Source of the DNA: Takakia lepidozioides
Lineage: Eukaryota; Plantae; Bryophyta
Direction: 5' to 3'
Assembly: GCA_030704615.1 (NCBI GenBank)
Contig: CM060734.1
Location: forward strand, 36,394,001 to 36,458,000
Length of the DNA stretch: 64,000 nucleotides
Shown here: positions 62,413 to 64,000 of the stretch, piece after piece
Layout of the letters: each line of letters begins with the position of its first letter
How positions within the stretch are numbered: position 1 is the stretch's first letter
Notes under the pieces: generated by a model
What the model saw: only the letters and a program-made list of their open reading frames with translations
Told to the model about the DNA's origin: nothing
The model's database searches: none
Position numbers and translations under genes: made by a program

Positions 62413-64000
62413 CACTAGAAGAAAAACGCAGAATAACCACTCATTTTGAGTGGTAAAAGACACTAAACCACTCTGGCCCCATAGTGATGAAGAACCAGTG
62501 CATTAGGACAAGTGAGTGGTAAAAGACATTACGTGGCACCGGTGGTTAAGGACAGTGGTTCGAACCACTCACGTCCGGGTCCACCTGTTAGCTGAGCACA
62601 GTGGTAAATTAACCACTGTGACATGTCAATGACGTGTCACTGAGGTAAACCAACCACTTATGACGTGTCACAGTGGTAAACTGACGTGTCATAGTGGTAA
62701 AGTAACCACTCTCGTTTTGTAGTGGAGACGTGTAAGCCGGTGGTCCGTGGATGATATTGGAGATTATGTCGACACGTGGCGACACTCTCAGCATGGACAC
62801 ATGTATCAGTGCTACGAAATGGATGGAGTGAAATTCAATGACTTCCGAAACCACTTGTTGAGTGATCACAAAATGACTCATAGAGTCATTCTATGAAAAC
62901 GGAGAATATACAATATCACTCACAGAGTGGTTATGTGAGTGGATGACGTCTCTCAGTAGATCATTGGAATAATTACCCACAGAGTGGTGTGTAAGCTATT
63001 TGAGTCATTCATGGTGTCTCTCTTAGTGGGAACTATGGATTGGAGTGATTACTAACAGAGTGGTGTGTAAGTGATTAGGAATACACTGGAGGAATTCATA
63101 CCACTAGTACAGTAATATATATGTGACTACTTATACCACTATACGAGTGGTAATGTAGGCAATTGTGTGCATTTGGCTACTCCCACAGTTTTAAATTATA
63201 CCACTTTTACAGTGATGTGCAAGTGATTATAAACATGACTAGAGGAACACATACCACTAGTGTAGTGAAAGAAGTACCATTGGGGATTCAAGCTCCACAA
63301 AATAGACTAGAATCCCAGAGAGTTAAGTGTTGGAACATTGTCAACAAAATCCAGCCATGATAAAAGTCTGAGCCTAACTTCTACACGGCGTCTCCACATG
63401 CATGCTAGGAACACTGAACTGCTTTCCTGCCTTCTTCTCACTGCCAGCAATGTCTATGCCCGGGCGAACGAAATCTAAGCCCTCTTCATGTTCTTCTCTG
63501 GCCAAAGACAATTCAGACCGACAACATCCTCCAACATTGTTTGCGGTGGGACCTCTTCCTCGTTAGGGTGAGGCAAGACACAATTGGCAATATAGATATC
63601 ATTCACCTCAACCCGCCACAATCCTTCAGGTATAACACGGTAGTGATATGTGTCTTTGTCAGGCACACCAGTGACAATTCCACTAGCAGCCCTGTGTCGT
63701 GGTAAATGAGGATCATACAGGCTGATTTTGTCCTTCAACTTAAACTGCACACAGCACCCACCATAAAACCCACATTAATCAACCCATGAAGACTTACATG
63801 TATATTGAAAACTAGATAATGAGGACCGTCCAGTATAAGCAATCACTCAAAGTGCAAATACTTTTGGTAGCATAAGAATATCTGTCACTGTGGCAGGGGG
63901 TTGATATTTGGGGGTTGCCTTTGAAGGCGTCATAGTTGGTGCACTGTCGGTGGCAATATCAAGAGTGGCTTTCTCAGCCTACAAACATCACGCCCAACAC
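62413..64000. mobile_element. CACTA element extending beyond the window
   Basis: Terminus CACTAGAAGAAAAA at 62413; dense ACCACT/AGTGGT subterminal repeats to about 63280. Confidence 0.85.
63475..63750 (-). CDS. Last exon of a CACTA TnpA/Tnp1-like protein
   Basis: AASGIV...HYRVIPEGLWRVEV...LPHPNEE...LEDVVGLNCLWP resembles the En/Spm Tnp1-type C-terminal domain. It is preceded by a TGTGCAG acceptor and lies inside a CACTA end. Confidence 0.7.
   Translation of the reverse strand: MQFKLKDKISLYDPHLPRHRAASGIVTGVPDKDTYHYRVIPEGLWRVEVNDIYIANCVLPHPNEEEVPPQTMLEDVVGLNCLWPEKNMKRA

Overview
Eukaryotic nuclear DNA from a land plant, probably a non-seed plant. The PLS-PPR wording, short GT-AG introns and TE families suggest a bryophyte such as a hornwort, but this is inference. 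Three genes look intact, all on the minus strand: a PPR-SMR gene similar to Arabidopsis At5g02830 (29402-40176), an intronless mitochondrial phosphate carrier (47315-48517) and SAICAR synthetase PUR7 (50586-55393). At least five host genes are broken: PLS-PPR fragments, a BAHD acyltransferase, an F-box gene, fatty-acid 2-hydroxylase and a GH31 YihQ-like glycosidase. The rest is nested mobile DNA: three CACTA ends, a long-TIR Mutator with an internal inversion, two hAT MITEs, a TA-TSD MITE, a 4-bp-TSD MITE, tRNA-derived SINEs, LINE remnants and a copia 3' end. Two observations stand out. First, a head-to-tail stack of about 8 truncated copies of one non-LTR retrotransposon sits in a PPR-SMR intron (33825-37005); its target-site duplications start in (TC)n tracts, suggesting a microsatellite-targeting element that keeps re-creating its own target. 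Second, a CACTA element (1-5245) carries a PLS-PPR array joined in frame, apart from single stops, to an unidentified repeated protein module on both sides. All family assignments come from motif recognition by eye; no database search was run.
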